Positions 8,502 through 18,511 of a DNA stretch of 64,000 nucleotides are shown one piece after another (position 1 is the first letter of the stretch; each line of letters opens with the position of its first letter). A program made the position numbers and the translations under genes. Below the pieces are notes generated by a model. It was not told the DNA's origin and ran no database searches. It saw only the letters and a list, made by a program, of their open reading frames with translations. This DNA is from Candidatus Cloacimonadales bacterium (GTDB taxonomy: Bacteria; Cloacimonadota; Cloacimonadia; Cloacimonadales; JAIOQZ01): positions 1,056,001 to 1,120,000 of the forward strand of contig CAXXTU010000002.1 of assembly GCA_963662655.2 (NCBI GenBank). The letters run 5' to 3'.

Positions 8502-10583
8502 TTACTCACTACGTATCCGATTTGTCAAAATATTATATATCGCCCAAAAGAAATACTTGATATCCGTAAGAATCGGGTGCGAACGCTTATCTTCGAGATA
8601 TATCTTCTCTGAAATCAGATAATCCTCAACCCTTTGCATCTTCAATGCAACGTACGGAGGAATGCAGCCCGGTTTGTATTTGAAGCGCTCCTCTCGCAAC
8701 TCTTCAGGATACTCCTTCAGGAAACGGTCGCTCAGTGGACGCACGCCGACAAGAGCGAGATCGCCCTTGAGCCAATTCAGAATTTGCGGGAGTTCATCGA
8801 GCCAAAGCTTGCGGATGATCTTCCCCCAATCGGTTACCCTAAAGTCGTCTTCGATCTTGCCTTTTTCCCCATATCCGTATCTCTCGACCATGTAATGCTG
8901 AAGGTATTCCGAGTATGGGTGCATCGTACGGAACTTGTACACGTATATGTTCTTCCCGTGTTTACCTCGTCGCCTCATGCGAAACAACGGGCCGTAGGAA
9001 GGATTGGTGTCTCTGCTTGGCTCAGTGACTTTTTTAACAATGTAGACCAGCGAGTTGCCGATCTCTTTCTCATCGATAATCTCGAATCCGCAGAACGTGA
9101 GCCTTCCAAGTATCTCACACTTTGACAGCGCTCGATTTTTCCCTTTCGTAATCGCGAAATAAATCCCCTGCAGGAAATAGATTTTGGGGAAAATGCGGTT
9201 CAGAATAAAGTCAGCAAGCACCAGGGGAATGGCAATGATTCTGGGGAATCTGCTTCTAATGATACGTCTGCGCTCCACGTTGGTCTTGCCAATTCCAATA
9301 AAAACCGCCCCTGCTTTTAGCTTTTTGTTCACTTGAATGAAATACTTGTTGAGGCGACGCATGTCATTGACTTTGTGTAAATTGAGAAGCAATTCCAGCG
9401 AATTGTCGTCTTCAACCTCGATGTTGTACAAGGTTGTTGTATTCAGAACCCGGCATAGACTTTTATGGAAATTTTCAAGTGCAACGATATCATTGATGAA
9501 TTCAAAAAGATTGGGGTAGTCATTCAAATACTTGTTCAACATTTTTATCAGCACAGATTCATCGAGTTTATCATCCGACGCAAATCCGGGATTGTACCTC
9601 ACGGGTTCCCAGCGGGAAACATGTGATTTTTCATAAACGATCTCCGCAGATTCCTCAAGCTCATCAGAGTCGGATATCAAGGAGGTTTTTGCGTAATCTG
9701 GATTCTCGCGATAGAATACCGTTGTGAAGAAATATGCCCACGCCAGAATGATTTCCAGAACCGTTGTAACGACCGTTGTCCCAAACACAATGAGCCGCGA
9801 AAAATGAAAGGCTTTGAAAGCAAACACAAGAATCGCGATTATTGAAATGATGATCAGGTTTGTTACAAGGATGATTGATAGGACAGAGGAGAACTTCTTC
9901 TTCTCGCGCAAGTAATACTTCTCACTGAAAAAAGAGAAAAACACCCAAATAACGGCAGCGAGCACCATCGGCTTCCAGTACATTGGGATAACCATCCGTT
10001 GCATTGCATTCTTGAACCAGGCAACGAAGAAAAAGGAAAACACAAAAATGATCAGATCGAAGACGATGATTTCAATCAACTCGTAAGTGATTTTAGGAGC
10101 CTTCTCTTGTTTCAGCTTTTTTAGGCCTTCCGTGGTGTGTACGTCGATCTCTTCAGAAAAATCATCCGCCTCCTCGATCTCGACTGCTTCAAATGCATTC
10201 TTTTTCCCGCTGATAAACCAGTAAATTCCATAAATGAGAAACTCGACAACGAATGTTGCAACCGTTGTTCCGATTATGATCATTCGAGACAACTCGATTT
10301 TGGCAGCTACCACAAAAACAGACACGATCGCCATCATGAAGAAATCATTAAAGAAAAGTATGGAGATTATCTTTCTGAACGAGTTCTTTGAATGAATCTT
10401 GTATTTCCCGCCCAACGCCGAAGCAACAACCCAAAAGGAAGCGAAAAGCAACATCGGACGCCAGTAAACAGGAATTACATAGTGGCGTGTTGCTGGTTTG
10501 ATCCATGCGACAAGCAGGAACATGGCAAGCACGACAATCAGGTTGATGAAGCAAGCGAGCACTATATTGATTCTACGTTTCAA
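8502..10583 (-). CDS. Priming phosphoglycosyltransferase (bacterial sugar transferase) with a duplicated N-terminal membrane module
   Basis: C-terminal YKFRTM...D.RVT..GK..RK..LDELPQ..N..KGD...VGVRP catalytic domain; about 8 TM helices. Likely start TTG 10583 (GGAG upstream); ORF track start is 10607. Confidence 0.85.
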   Translation of the reverse strand: MKRRINIVLACFINLIVVLAMFLLVAWIKPATRHYVIPVYWRPMLLFASFWVVASALGGKYKIHSKNSFRKIISILFFNDFFMMAIVSVFVVAAKIELSRMIIIGTTVATFVVEFLIYGIYWFISGKKNAFEAVEIEEADDFSEEIDVHTTEGLKKLKQEKAPKITYELIEIIVFDLIIFVFSFFFVAWFKNAMQRMVIPMYWKPMVLAAVIWVFFSFFSEKYYLREKKKFSSVLSIILVTNLIIISIIAILVFAFKAFHFSRLIVFGTTVVTTVLEIILAWAYFFTTVFYRENPDYAKTSLISDSDELEESAEIVYEKSHVSRWEPVRYNPGFASDDKLDESVLIKMLNKYLNDYPNLFEFINDIVALENFHKSLCRVLNTTTLYNIEVEDDNSLELLLNLHKVNDMRRLNKYFIQVNKKLKAGAVFIGIGKTNVERRRIIRSRFPRIIAIPLVLADFILNRIFPKIYFLQGIYFAITKGKNRALSKCEILGRLTFCGFEIIDEKEIGNSLVYIVKKVTEPSRDTNPSYGPLFRMRRRGKHGKNIYVYKFRTMHPYSEYLQHYMVERYGYGEKGKIEDDFRVTDWGKIIRKLWLDELPQILNWLKGDLALVGVRPLSDRFLKEYPEELREERFKYKPGCIPPYVALKMQRVEDYLISEKIYLEDKRSHPILTDIKYFFWAIYNILTNRIRSE

Positions 10584-11454
10584 AACGCCAATCTCCTGTA
10601 AGATCATTGGACAAGAGATATGCTAACAAGCTCTCCTGCCAATGCGGCATGATATCACAACTTTCTTGTTGCAATACCGAATTTATTAAAACCGAGTATA
10701 GCGGTTTCCGTAAGTTTTGGTTGAATTCCGCTGACGATATCTCGTCTACTTTCACCGAAATCCCTAACTGGTGATAGAGAAACTTCCCGAAATCAAGCCA
10801 ACTGCATTCCCCATTGCTGGAGGCGTGAATGATACCCGCCAATCTTCTATCGAGAATAACACAGATTTGCTTTGCCAAATCCTTCGCATAAGTCGGCGAG
10901 GCAACCTCGTCGGAAACAAGCTGTAAGCGATCTCGGGATTTCCCAAGGCGAATCAGTTTATCGACGATGTTGTCGCTTCCGATTTTACTTGCGCCGTACA
11001 ATCCAGCCGTCCTGACGATGGCGTACTCACCGGCATATTGCCGGACAAGCATTTCGCCAAGCAGTTTCGACATGCCGTAAACGTTTACAGGATTGGGGAC
11101 ATCCGTCTCGTAATACGGCGAGCCTTTCAAGCCGTCAAAAACATAATCCGTACTCACGTGGCAAAGAAATATATCGCGCTCTTTGCATATCCCCGCGATT
11201 CTCTTCATGGCAACGCCATTGATCTGAACCGCGGCGTCAGCATCGATTTCGGCCTGAGGCACATTTGTATATGCTGCGCAGTTTACCACCGCCTCAAAGT
11301 TTCCATCGCGCAGAATGTCGATTAACATATCAGGCTCACGCAAGTTGAAATCAGGCATATCCAGCGCAACAAAATCCCGACCCAGATTCTCCATTTCAAT
11401 CTGGAGTGCCGTTCCCAACTGCCCATTGGCCCCGAGAATGACGATTCTATTCAT
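10573..11454 (-). CDS. rmlD: dTDP-4-dehydrorhamnose reductase
   Basis: GANGQLG, NCAAYT, STDYVFDG, YGMSKLLGE, SPTY. Start ATG 11454 overlaps the rmlC stop. Confidence 0.93.
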   Translation of the reverse strand: MNRIVILGANGQLGTALQIEMENLGRDFVALDMPDFNLREPDMLIDILRDGNFEAVVNCAAYTNVPQAEIDADAAVQINGVAMKRIAGICKERDIFLCHVSTDYVFDGLKGSPYYETDVPNPVNVYGMSKLLGEMLVRQYAGEYAIVRTAGLYGASKIGSDNIVDKLIRLGKSRDRLQLVSDEVASPTYAKDLAKQICVILDRRLAGIIHASSNGECSWLDFGKFLYHQLGISVKVDEISSAEFNQNLRKPLYSVLINSVLQQESCDIMPHWQESLLAYLLSNDLTGDWRFET

Positions 11455-12004
11455 TGTTGTAAACGAAACCCATCTCCGCATCCTTGAACTGCGGCAACAC
11501 GATATCTTTTTCCGATACGATTGGATCTTCGACACCCCAATCGATGCCCAGAGCCGGATCGTCAAAACGAATTCCCCGCTCATGAGACTTTGAATAGAAG
11601 GCCGTACATTTATAGAGGATCACTGCCTGCTCCGAGAGAACCGAGAACCCATGCGCGAATCCTGGAGGAATCCATATCTGTGTATGGCTTTCAGCGGTGA
11701 TGTCGATCGAGAAATGCTTTCCGAAAGTGGGTGATCCCTTACGGATATCCAACGCGATATCGCGAATGGCGCCTTCAAGAACCCGCAGTAGCTTTCCCTG
11801 CGTGAACGGTTGGGCCTGGTAGTGCAATCCCCTGATGGTGTTCTTCATTGATTTCGACTGATTATCCTGAATAAACTCATATTCAATGCCGAACGCGTTA
11901 AACTTCTCCTTGTGATACACTTCGAAGAAGTATCCGCGCGCATCGTTGAACACGTCAGGCTGGATAATCAATACATCGTCGATATATGCTTTCTCTGCTT
12001 TCAT
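11447..12004 (-). CDS. rmlC: dTDP-4-dehydrorhamnose 3,5-epimerase
   Basis: DARGYF, QDNQS, RGLHYQ, DIRKGSPTFG, PPGFAHGF. Start taken at MKAEKA. Confidence 0.95.
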   Translation of the reverse strand: MKAEKAYIDDVLIIQPDVFNDARGYFFEVYHKEKFNAFGIEYEFIQDNQSKSMKNTIRGLHYQAQPFTQGKLLRVLEGAIRDIALDIRKGSPTFGKHFSIDITAESHTQIWIPPGFAHGFSVLSEQAVILYKCTAFYSKSHERGIRFDDPALGIDWGVEDPIVSEKDIVLPQFKDAEMGFVYNNE

Positions 12005-12096
12005 AAATATTCCCGGCAAATCTATTAGGCAGGCATCGTAAATTGCCAATCTCTATTTTTTTCATACCGTTCACTTTTGTCTATAAAAAAACGATT

Positions 12097-12786
12097 TCAA
12101 GCGGGAGCGCTCAGGTGATTCAATGCCTTGCTGTAGTCTTCCGGTATTCCAATATCGATAAATAGGCCATCGTACTGAAACATCTTCATGAAATATTTTT
12201 CTGCGTTGCGATCGAGGAAGTCGTTCTCGAAGGAGAACTTCTTCCGATTTCCTAAAGGCAAATCGCGCTTGAGAACGTAAACACCCGCGTTGATGTATCC
12301 GCTACAGCCGGCTTGTTTTTCCCGGAATGACACAACGCGTTTGTCGTCGTCCACTTCGAGGATTCCGTATCGGCTGCAATCGTCCATCCATTTCCCGGCG
12401 ATGGTGACATCCGAATCTCCCACAACATGCTGCCGCATCATGGATTGAAAGGGGATTTCCACCATCGTATCGCCGTTGAGAACAACAACATTTTCTTGTA
12501 TGCAGAATTGGAGCGCGTTGCAGATCGCTCCACCAGTCCCCAGCGGTTCGGTTTCGATCGCGTACGAAAGGTTCATCCTGTAGCGCTCATCTCCGAAGAA
12601 CTCCCGGATCGTCTCCCATCGATAGCCGACAGCAAGCACAACATGCTTGAACCCACTTTTTGCAAGCGACTCAAGCATCCAGTCCAGAAATGGACGACCA
12701 TTGACATCGACCATCGGCTTGGGGAGATCGCCCGTGATCTCTTTCAGGCGAGTTCCCATGCCTCCGCAGAGGATAACGGCTTCCAT
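12097..12786 (-). CDS. hddC: D-glycero-alpha-D-manno-heptose 1-phosphate guanylyltransferase (nucleotidyltransferase)
   Basis: LCGGMGTRL, PKPM, EPLGTGG, NGDT, FIDIGIPEDY; context with gmhA and hddA. Confidence 0.82.
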   Translation of the reverse strand: MEAVILCGGMGTRLKEITGDLPKPMVDVNGRPFLDWMLESLAKSGFKHVVLAVGYRWETIREFFGDERYRMNLSYAIETEPLGTGGAICNALQFCIQENVVVLNGDTMVEIPFQSMMRQHVVGDSDVTIAGKWMDDCSRYGILEVDDDKRVVSFREKQAGCSGYINAGVYVLKRDLPLGNRKKFSFENDFLDRNAEKYFMKMFQYDGLFIDIGIPEDYSKALNHLSAPA

Positions 12787-12789
12787 CGT

Positions 12790-13371
12790 TTATTCTTTCG
12801 GGAAGATAACGGCCTCGATGAGTTCGCACAGAATATGACCGATGAGGATGTGCGCTTCCTGGATCCGCGGCGTGCAGTCGGAAGGCACAATAAGATTGAC
12901 GGTGCACATCTGTTTCATCTCTCCCCCACCTTTGCCGGTCATGCCGATCGTGGTCATGCCGATCTCATGCGCCTTCTCGATCGCGCGCATCACATTGGGA
13001 GAATTACCGGAAGTGGAAAGCCCCACCAGCACGTCGCCTATGCGACCCTTCGCCTGGGTCAATCGTGCAAAAATCTCGTCGTACGAGTAGTCGTTTGCGA
13101 CGGCAGTCAGATAGGATGTATTGACGTGAAGCGCTTCACCGTCGAGCGGCGGCCTGTCGTAATAGAAGCGCCCGGAGAGTTCCGCGGCCAGGTGCTGGGC
13201 GTCTGCAGCGCTTCCGCCGTTTCCGCAGAAGAGAACGCGCCCCCCGTTTTTCAGGCTTTCGATACAAAGCTCTGACGCCTTTTCAATCGCTTGGCAAAGC
13301 TCTGCGTCCTCGAATATTCTTCGTTTTACTTCAATCGATTCATAGATCGCTTGGGTAATCTTTTTTTCCAT
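12790..13371 (-). CDS. gmhA: Sedoheptulose-7-phosphate isomerase
   Basis: GNGGSAADAQH, ANDY, STSGNS, RIQEAH motifs. Confidence 0.96.
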   Translation of the reverse strand: MEKKITQAIYESIEVKRRIFEDAELCQAIEKASELCIESLKNGGRVLFCGNGGSAADAQHLAAELSGRFYYDRPPLDGEALHVNTSYLTAVANDYSYDEIFARLTQAKGRIGDVLVGLSTSGNSPNVMRAIEKAHEIGMTTIGMTGKGGGEMKQMCTVNLIVPSDCTPRIQEAHILIGHILCELIEAVIFPKE

Positions 13372-13385
13372 GATATCCTCAATTT

Positions 13386-14372
13386 CTATGGTTCGTAGGC
13401 GATGATACGGCTTCCGCCCGTCTCGAATTTGACCGGCACGTAGAGTAGCCGGTCAAGCGCTTTCTTTACGGCATCCTGCCTGGATGGCTCGACGATAAAC
13501 ATCATGAATCCGCCGCCACCGGCTCCGATCAGCTTTCCGCCCGTTGCGCCAGCTTCAAGCGCTTTCCGGTAAAATTCGTCAATCGCGGGATTCGTTATCC
13601 GGTCCGTTAGAGAGCGTTTGATTTCCCAGGCTTGATGAAGCAGCTTTCCGAAAGCCTCCAGAGGCGTTCTCTCATCGATGAGAATCTCCAGCGCTTCGTC
13701 GACCATCTCCCGCATACGGTGCAGCTCGTTTTCCTTCTTCGGGGTGTTCTCGATCTGCTTTTCGGCAATCTCGGACGCCTGCCGGGAAAATCCCGTGAAG
13801 AAAAACATGATGCGGTCCTGCAATTCGAGCCGCCGCTTTTCGGGAAGAATAACGGGCTCAACCTCGAAATCGCCGTCCTGCTTGAACCGTACAAGGTTCA
13901 AGCCGCCGTGTGCGGCCGCGATTTGATCCTGCGAGCCGACATTTTCACCGATCAGGTTCTGTTCGACGTGGATCGCCTCCCGCGAAAGCTGCCGCTTGCT
14001 CACCATCTTCCCCTGCAACGCGTAGATCGATTGCAGGAGCCCCACGGTAAACGCGGAACTGGAGCCGAGACCGGATCTGGCGGGTAAATCCCCGTCGTGG
14101 TGAATCTCGAGTCCGCGATCGATCTCCATAAAGCGCATCACTTCGCGTACGGCGGGATGCTCGATCTGGTCGATCTCCAGCACGTTTTCCATACGTGAAT
14201 AGACGATACGATGCTTGTGCGGGAAGAAGGGCGGAAGGTACCGGCATGTGATGTAGCAATATTTATCAATCGTGGTGGAAAGCACTGCGCCACCGTGCTT
14301 CCCGTACCATACGGGATAGTCGGTGCCGCCACCGAAGAAAGATATCCTGAACGGCGTTCTGCTAATTATCAT
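13386..14372 (-). CDS. hddA: GHMP kinase, D-glycero-alpha-D-manno-heptose 7-phosphate kinase
   Basis: RISFFGGGTD, PARSGLGSSS, GSQDQ, KLIGAGGGG. Confidence 0.88.
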   Translation of the reverse strand: MIISRTPFRISFFGGGTDYPVWYGKHGGAVLSTTIDKYCYITCRYLPPFFPHKHRIVYSRMENVLEIDQIEHPAVREVMRFMEIDRGLEIHHDGDLPARSGLGSSSAFTVGLLQSIYALQGKMVSKRQLSREAIHVEQNLIGENVGSQDQIAAAHGGLNLVRFKQDGDFEVEPVILPEKRRLELQDRIMFFFTGFSRQASEIAEKQIENTPKKENELHRMREMVDEALEILIDERTPLEAFGKLLHQAWEIKRSLTDRITNPAIDEFYRKALEAGATGGKLIGAGGGGFMMFIVEPSRQDAVKKALDRLLYVPVKFETGGSRIIAYEP

Positions 14373-14451
14373 GCTAATCCTTTCATCGTATTTTCATTTC
14401 GGATAAGGATGCAATACAAAAGAAATATGTCAACGAAAAAGCAAGTTTCTT

Positions 14452-14479
14452 TTGACAAGTACAGACCTGTTTCGATAAT
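14452..14479 (+). promoter_or_regulatory. Probable sigma-70 promoter of the TagF-like operon
   Basis: TTGACA (14452-57), 16-nt spacer, GATAAT (14474-79). A second TTGACA on the minus strand at 14428-33 probably drives hddA. Confidence 0.55.
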
Positions 14480-14488
14480 CCTTCATCG

Positions 14489-16150
14489 ATGGAAAAGAAT
14501 AACAGCAATACACGTTGGCTCTTTTTTGTAGAGCGCGAATTTCATATCGGCCTCTTTGCCGGATTGATCCACCATATCCATGAAAATCAATGGGGCCGGA
14601 TTGGCATTTACTCCTTTGGATACCAGCCGAGCAAGAGCGGCCACCGGGGCCGGGGAGCAAGGCCGGAGGCGATCCGGCAGACAATCGACGTTCCCTTCGA
14701 AGTCGTCAACAATCCTTATGCGTTCAATCCCGAATACACATTCCTTGCCGATTCCGGCTACGAATGGGTCGAGGGGGCGGGGAAGCTGATCAACATTGGT
14801 CATGGGACCATCTGCAAGGGCAGCTTCTATACGCGCAAACCCATCAGCAGGCGCGAGAATTGCGCCGATCTGCTGTGCGTACCGGGATCGATTCACCGTA
14901 GCGAGCTGTTTCACCAGGTGTATCAACCGATTTCCGTAACCGGAATGCCCAAGCTCGATCCTATGTTCAACGGCTCGTTGAAGCGTGAAGAATTGCTTTC
15001 CGGCTGGGGTCTCGATCCGGAGAAGAAAACCGTTCTTTTCGCGCCGACATTCAACCATGAATACAGCCTGATTCCACACCTGCAAATCGAGCTGGAGAAC
15101 TATTTCCCCGCGGAGTACAATCTGCTTTTCAAGCTGCACTCCATCACGCCCGAGGAATGGCGCGAACCTTTCATCCGCTATGCGGACAAGCATCCTCACG
15201 CCGTGTTCATCGATCAGGCGGACATCACACCGGCGCTCGCTGCCGCCGATCTCCTGATCACCGACATCTCATCGGTGATCTACGAATTCGGCGCAACCGG
15301 GAAGCCGGTGCTGCTTTTCGACAGCCCGGACTACAAAACCAAATTCGATGAGAACGATCTGGAGCATCGCTTCCGGGACATCGGAACGCGGTTCACCGAT
15401 CCCGGGAGTTTGTTCGGCCTGATTCAATCGACGATAATCCGAAACGATTCCACAGAAACCAGGGATATCGCGCGGAAATTCGTGAGTGTAACGGACGGAA
15501 GCGCCACGCAACGCGTCTTTCAATCCATCGCGAGTCTAAACGATCGTAAGCAGGCGACCATCGTGATCGGGAACGCCCGGGCCGAAGAGGTTGAATTCTA
15601 TCAGAAGCGTTACGGAAACCGTTTTGATCTGATCTTCACAGCTCCCTATTTCACATCACAACATGAAAAGGCGCACATGATCGCGCTGCCCGATTATCAG
15701 GAAAGATTCGGGATCGCACAATCGCTTCAAGCAGTGCAATCCAAACTGGCGACAGAGCTTGTCATATACCTGGATTCGGAGTGGAACGCGTCCAGTCTGC
15801 TGCCATTGATGCTGTGCGGACAGTTTCACTTCAATAAGGATGTTGATGTTTTTGTCCCGATGGTATCCAATCAAGTCGAATCCCCGGAACAAAAAATCGG
15901 TACTCATTTCGCGCAGACATACCGGCTGCCGGACGAGCGGATCAACGGACCTCTGACCTATTACAAGCCCGGTTTCAGCGCGAAAATCGAAGAGGGACTT
16001 CCTTTCTGCTTCATCACACGGAAAGAAAATCTCGGGAACTTATCAAAATACAATCGAATTGAGAACGGCGAGATACTGCGTTCACTGGGGCCGAATCACC
16101 ACGTAGCGTTCGACGCGTTTGTCTGGAAAAAGGACAGGCTTCTCTCATGA
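14489..16150 (+). CDS. CDP-glycerol glycerophosphotransferase (TagB/TagF) family protein with an additional C-terminal domain
   Basis: HG..K, TGMPKLD, LFAPTF, KLH, LITDISSVIYEF motifs. The C-terminal ~200 aa weakly resemble a degenerate GT-A fold. Confidence 0.8.
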   Translation: MEKNNSNTRWLFFVEREFHIGLFAGLIHHIHENQWGRIGIYSFGYQPSKSGHRGRGARPEAIRQTIDVPFEVVNNPYAFNPEYTFLADSGYEWVEGAGKLINIGHGTICKGSFYTRKPISRRENCADLLCVPGSIHRSELFHQVYQPISVTGMPKLDPMFNGSLKREELLSGWGLDPEKKTVLFAPTFNHEYSLIPHLQIELENYFPAEYNLLFKLHSITPEEWREPFIRYADKHPHAVFIDQADITPALAAADLLITDISSVIYEFGATGKPVLLFDSPDYKTKFDENDLEHRFRDIGTRFTDPGSLFGLIQSTIIRNDSTETRDIARKFVSVTDGSATQRVFQSIASLNDRKQATIVIGNARAEEVEFYQKRYGNRFDLIFTAPYFTSQHEKAHMIALPDYQERFGIAQSLQAVQSKLATELVIYLDSEWNASSLLPLMLCGQFHFNKDVDVFVPMVSNQVESPEQKIGTHFAQTYRLPDERINGPLTYYKPGFSAKIEEGLPFCFITRKENLGNLSKYNRIENGEILRSLGPNHHVAFDAFVWKKDRLLS

Positions 16151-17025
16151 ATATCGTGATCAAAATCTGTTCCCCAACACGCGAAGAGATCGGATGGGGC
16201 GACACATGTTTCGCGGACAGCCTCGCAGCGGCCTTCAAGAAGCTGGGGCATCGTGCGGAGGTACGTTGTTACGATCGATGGAACGATGACGACAACGCAT
16301 TCGACACATGCATTTTCATTACCGGACTATTGCAATACCAACCCAGGCCCTATCACCAGAACCTGCTCTGGTGCATCAGCCACCCGGAGATTCGCACGCC
16401 CCGGGAATTGAGTGCTTTCGACCGGGTTTTCATCGCGTCGGAAGCTTTCGCGGACACGGTTCGCAAGGATATTCTCGTACCTGTTCATGTCTTACAGCAA
16501 GCTTACGATCCCACATACATCTATCCGCGCGAGCGCAGGATCGAGCACGAGATTCTGTTTGTGGGAAACAACTATTACCATCACTTCAAGTACCGGAAGA
16601 TCATCGAAGACATTCTGCAAACCTGCTTCGCGAAACGATTCAAGGTTATCGGATCGGGGTGGGACGATGTGTTGCCGAAGAATCAGGTTATTGCCGGGTT
16701 CGTATCGAGCGATCGGCTTCCCGAAGTATACGGCTCTGCGAAGATCAATCTGAACGATCATCATGCCGCCATGCTGAAGTACGGCTTTATCAACAATCGC
16801 ACGTACGATCTGGCAGCGCTGGGTTGCCTTCAGATCAGCGACGCGATTGCAGGTCTGGATAAGCTGGGTGTTCCCGTGTACCACACGCCGGAAGAACTCG
16901 AGAACCTGCTCTACGTATTCCTCAACGACAGCTTCCACGCCGGGCGAACGGCAAAGATATCGCAAATGCTTTGCAAAGAAGCAACGTTCGAGAAGCGCGC
17001 ATTGGAAATTCTTGAGAAGTTATGA
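16147..17025 (+). CDS. CgeB-like glycosyltransferase
   Basis: WGD, LFVGN, Y.SAKINLNDH, NNRTYD..A.G..QISD motifs; ATGA overlap with the upstream gene. Confidence 0.75.
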   Translation: MNIVIKICSPTREEIGWGDTCFADSLAAAFKKLGHRAEVRCYDRWNDDDNAFDTCIFITGLLQYQPRPYHQNLLWCISHPEIRTPRELSAFDRVFIASEAFADTVRKDILVPVHVLQQAYDPTYIYPRERRIEHEILFVGNNYYHHFKYRKIIEDILQTCFAKRFKVIGSGWDDVLPKNQVIAGFVSSDRLPEVYGSAKINLNDHHAAMLKYGFINNRTYDLAALGCLQISDAIAGLDKLGVPVYHTPEELENLLYVFLNDSFHAGRTAKISQMLCKEATFEKRALEILEKL

Positions 17026-17049
17026 AGAAACAGAAAGGAATGATTCAAG

Positions 17050-17712
17050 ATGGATTTCGATATTGTCTATCATAAGCTCGAAGAGCATTTTCAGACGGTT
17101 CAGGCTCCGGTTATCGACTTGATTGAAGCGCAGACGAGCGACCCGTTCAAGGTGCTTGTAGGCACGCTTCTCAGCGCGCGAACCAAGGACGAGACAACAA
17201 CGATGGTCACGAAGAAGCTCTTCACGGAAGTCGACACCCCCCAGGATTTACAGAATTTGAGCGTTGAGGAGATCGAGGAACTGATATTTCCCGCCGGATT
17301 CTACCACAACAAGGCCAAGCATCTCAAAGGATTGGCGGATAGGCTGATCGAAGTTTTCGGCGGTGTTGTCCCCGATACGATCGAGGAGTTGGTCACGCTC
17401 CCGGGCGTTGGCAGAAAAACCGCGAACCTCGTGCTGGCCATTGCATTCAGGAAGCCTGCCGTATGTGTTGACGTGCATGTGCATCGCATCATGAACCGGC
17501 TTGGCTACCTCAAGACGAAAGATCCGCTCGAGACTGAGATGGCCTTGCGTAAGAAGATGCCCGAGAAGTATTGGCTGTCGTTCAATTCATACTTCGTCGC
17601 GTTTGGCCAGAACCTGTGCAAGCCGCTCAATCCACGATGCGACCGATGCCCGATTCACGATCAATGTCCGCGCATCGGCGTTCAAACAAAATACCCCCGC
17701 AAGGAGCAGTAG
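17050..17712 (+). CDS. nth: Endonuclease III
   Basis: HhH LPGVGRKTANLV, VDVHVHR, and C-X6-C-X2-C-X5-C 4Fe-4S cluster motif. Confidence 0.96.
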   Translation: MDFDIVYHKLEEHFQTVQAPVIDLIEAQTSDPFKVLVGTLLSARTKDETTTMVTKKLFTEVDTPQDLQNLSVEEIEELIFPAGFYHNKAKHLKGLADRLIEVFGGVVPDTIEELVTLPGVGRKTANLVLAIAFRKPAVCVDVHVHRIMNRLGYLKTKDPLETEMALRKKMPEKYWLSFNSYFVAFGQNLCKPLNPRCDRCPIHDQCPRIGVQTKYPRKEQ

Positions 17713-18474
17713 ATGATCATACTTTCATGGAACGTTAACGGACTGAGGGCCGTATTGAAAAAAGGATTTCTCGAATTCATCGACAGGGAGCAACCGGACA
17801 TCCTCTGCTTGCAAGAAACCAAGCTGCAAGAGCCCCAAATCCCTACGGAAATCAAAGGTCTTCCTGGCTATCACAAGTATTGGAGTCACGCCGAAAAGAA
17901 AGGCTACTCAGGCGTATGCGTCCTTTCAAAGGAGGAGCCGCTTTCCGTTTCATACTCTATCGGCGAGGAACGATTCGACCGTGAGGGACGCGTGATCCGC
18001 GCCGAGTATCCCGACTTCGTTCTGTTCAACGTCTATTTCCCCAACGGGAAGATGAACGACGACCGGCTGCAATACAAGCTCGATTTCTACGATCGCTTCC
18101 TCGATGTCATGAATGAAGCTGTCAAAACGGGCAAGAACGTTGTTGTCTGCGGCGATTACAACACCGCCCACAAGCCCATCGACCTCGCCAGACCCAAGGC
18201 CAACGAAGAGGTCTCGGGCTTCCTGCCGATCGAGCGGGAATGGATGGACAAGCTCGTCGAGCACGGCTACGTAGACACATTTCGCGCTTTCAACGAGAAA
18301 CCCGAGAAGTATTCTTGGTGGTCGTACATCGGAAACGCACGGTCAAGAAACACGGGCTGGAGAATCGATTACTTCTTCGCCAATCAGGGATTTATGAAGC
18401 ATGTCAGGGACGGTTTTATCCGGCAGGATGTCATGGGCTCCGACCATTGTCCGGTAGGTATCTCTATCGAATAG
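17713..18474 (+). CDS. xth: Exodeoxyribonuclease III / AP endonuclease
   Basis: SWNVNG, LQETK, YFPNG, GDYN.AH, GWRIDY, SDHCP. Confidence 0.96.
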   Translation: MIILSWNVNGLRAVLKKGFLEFIDREQPDILCLQETKLQEPQIPTEIKGLPGYHKYWSHAEKKGYSGVCVLSKEEPLSVSYSIGEERFDREGRVIRAEYPDFVLFNVYFPNGKMNDDRLQYKLDFYDRFLDVMNEAVKTGKNVVVCGDYNTAHKPIDLARPKANEEVSGFLPIEREWMDKLVEHGYVDTFRAFNEKPEKYSWWSYIGNARSRNTGWRIDYFFANQGFMKHVRDGFIRQDVMGSDHCPVGISIE

Positions 18475-18511
18475 TGGAGCGACCTCGCTCTTGAAGTTTT
18501 CCACCAACCCA

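Noticed and set aside
7118..8560. 480-aa plus-strand ORF
   Set aside because: Antisense shadow of the well-supported oxidoreductase and acetyltransferase genes; no recognisable motifs.
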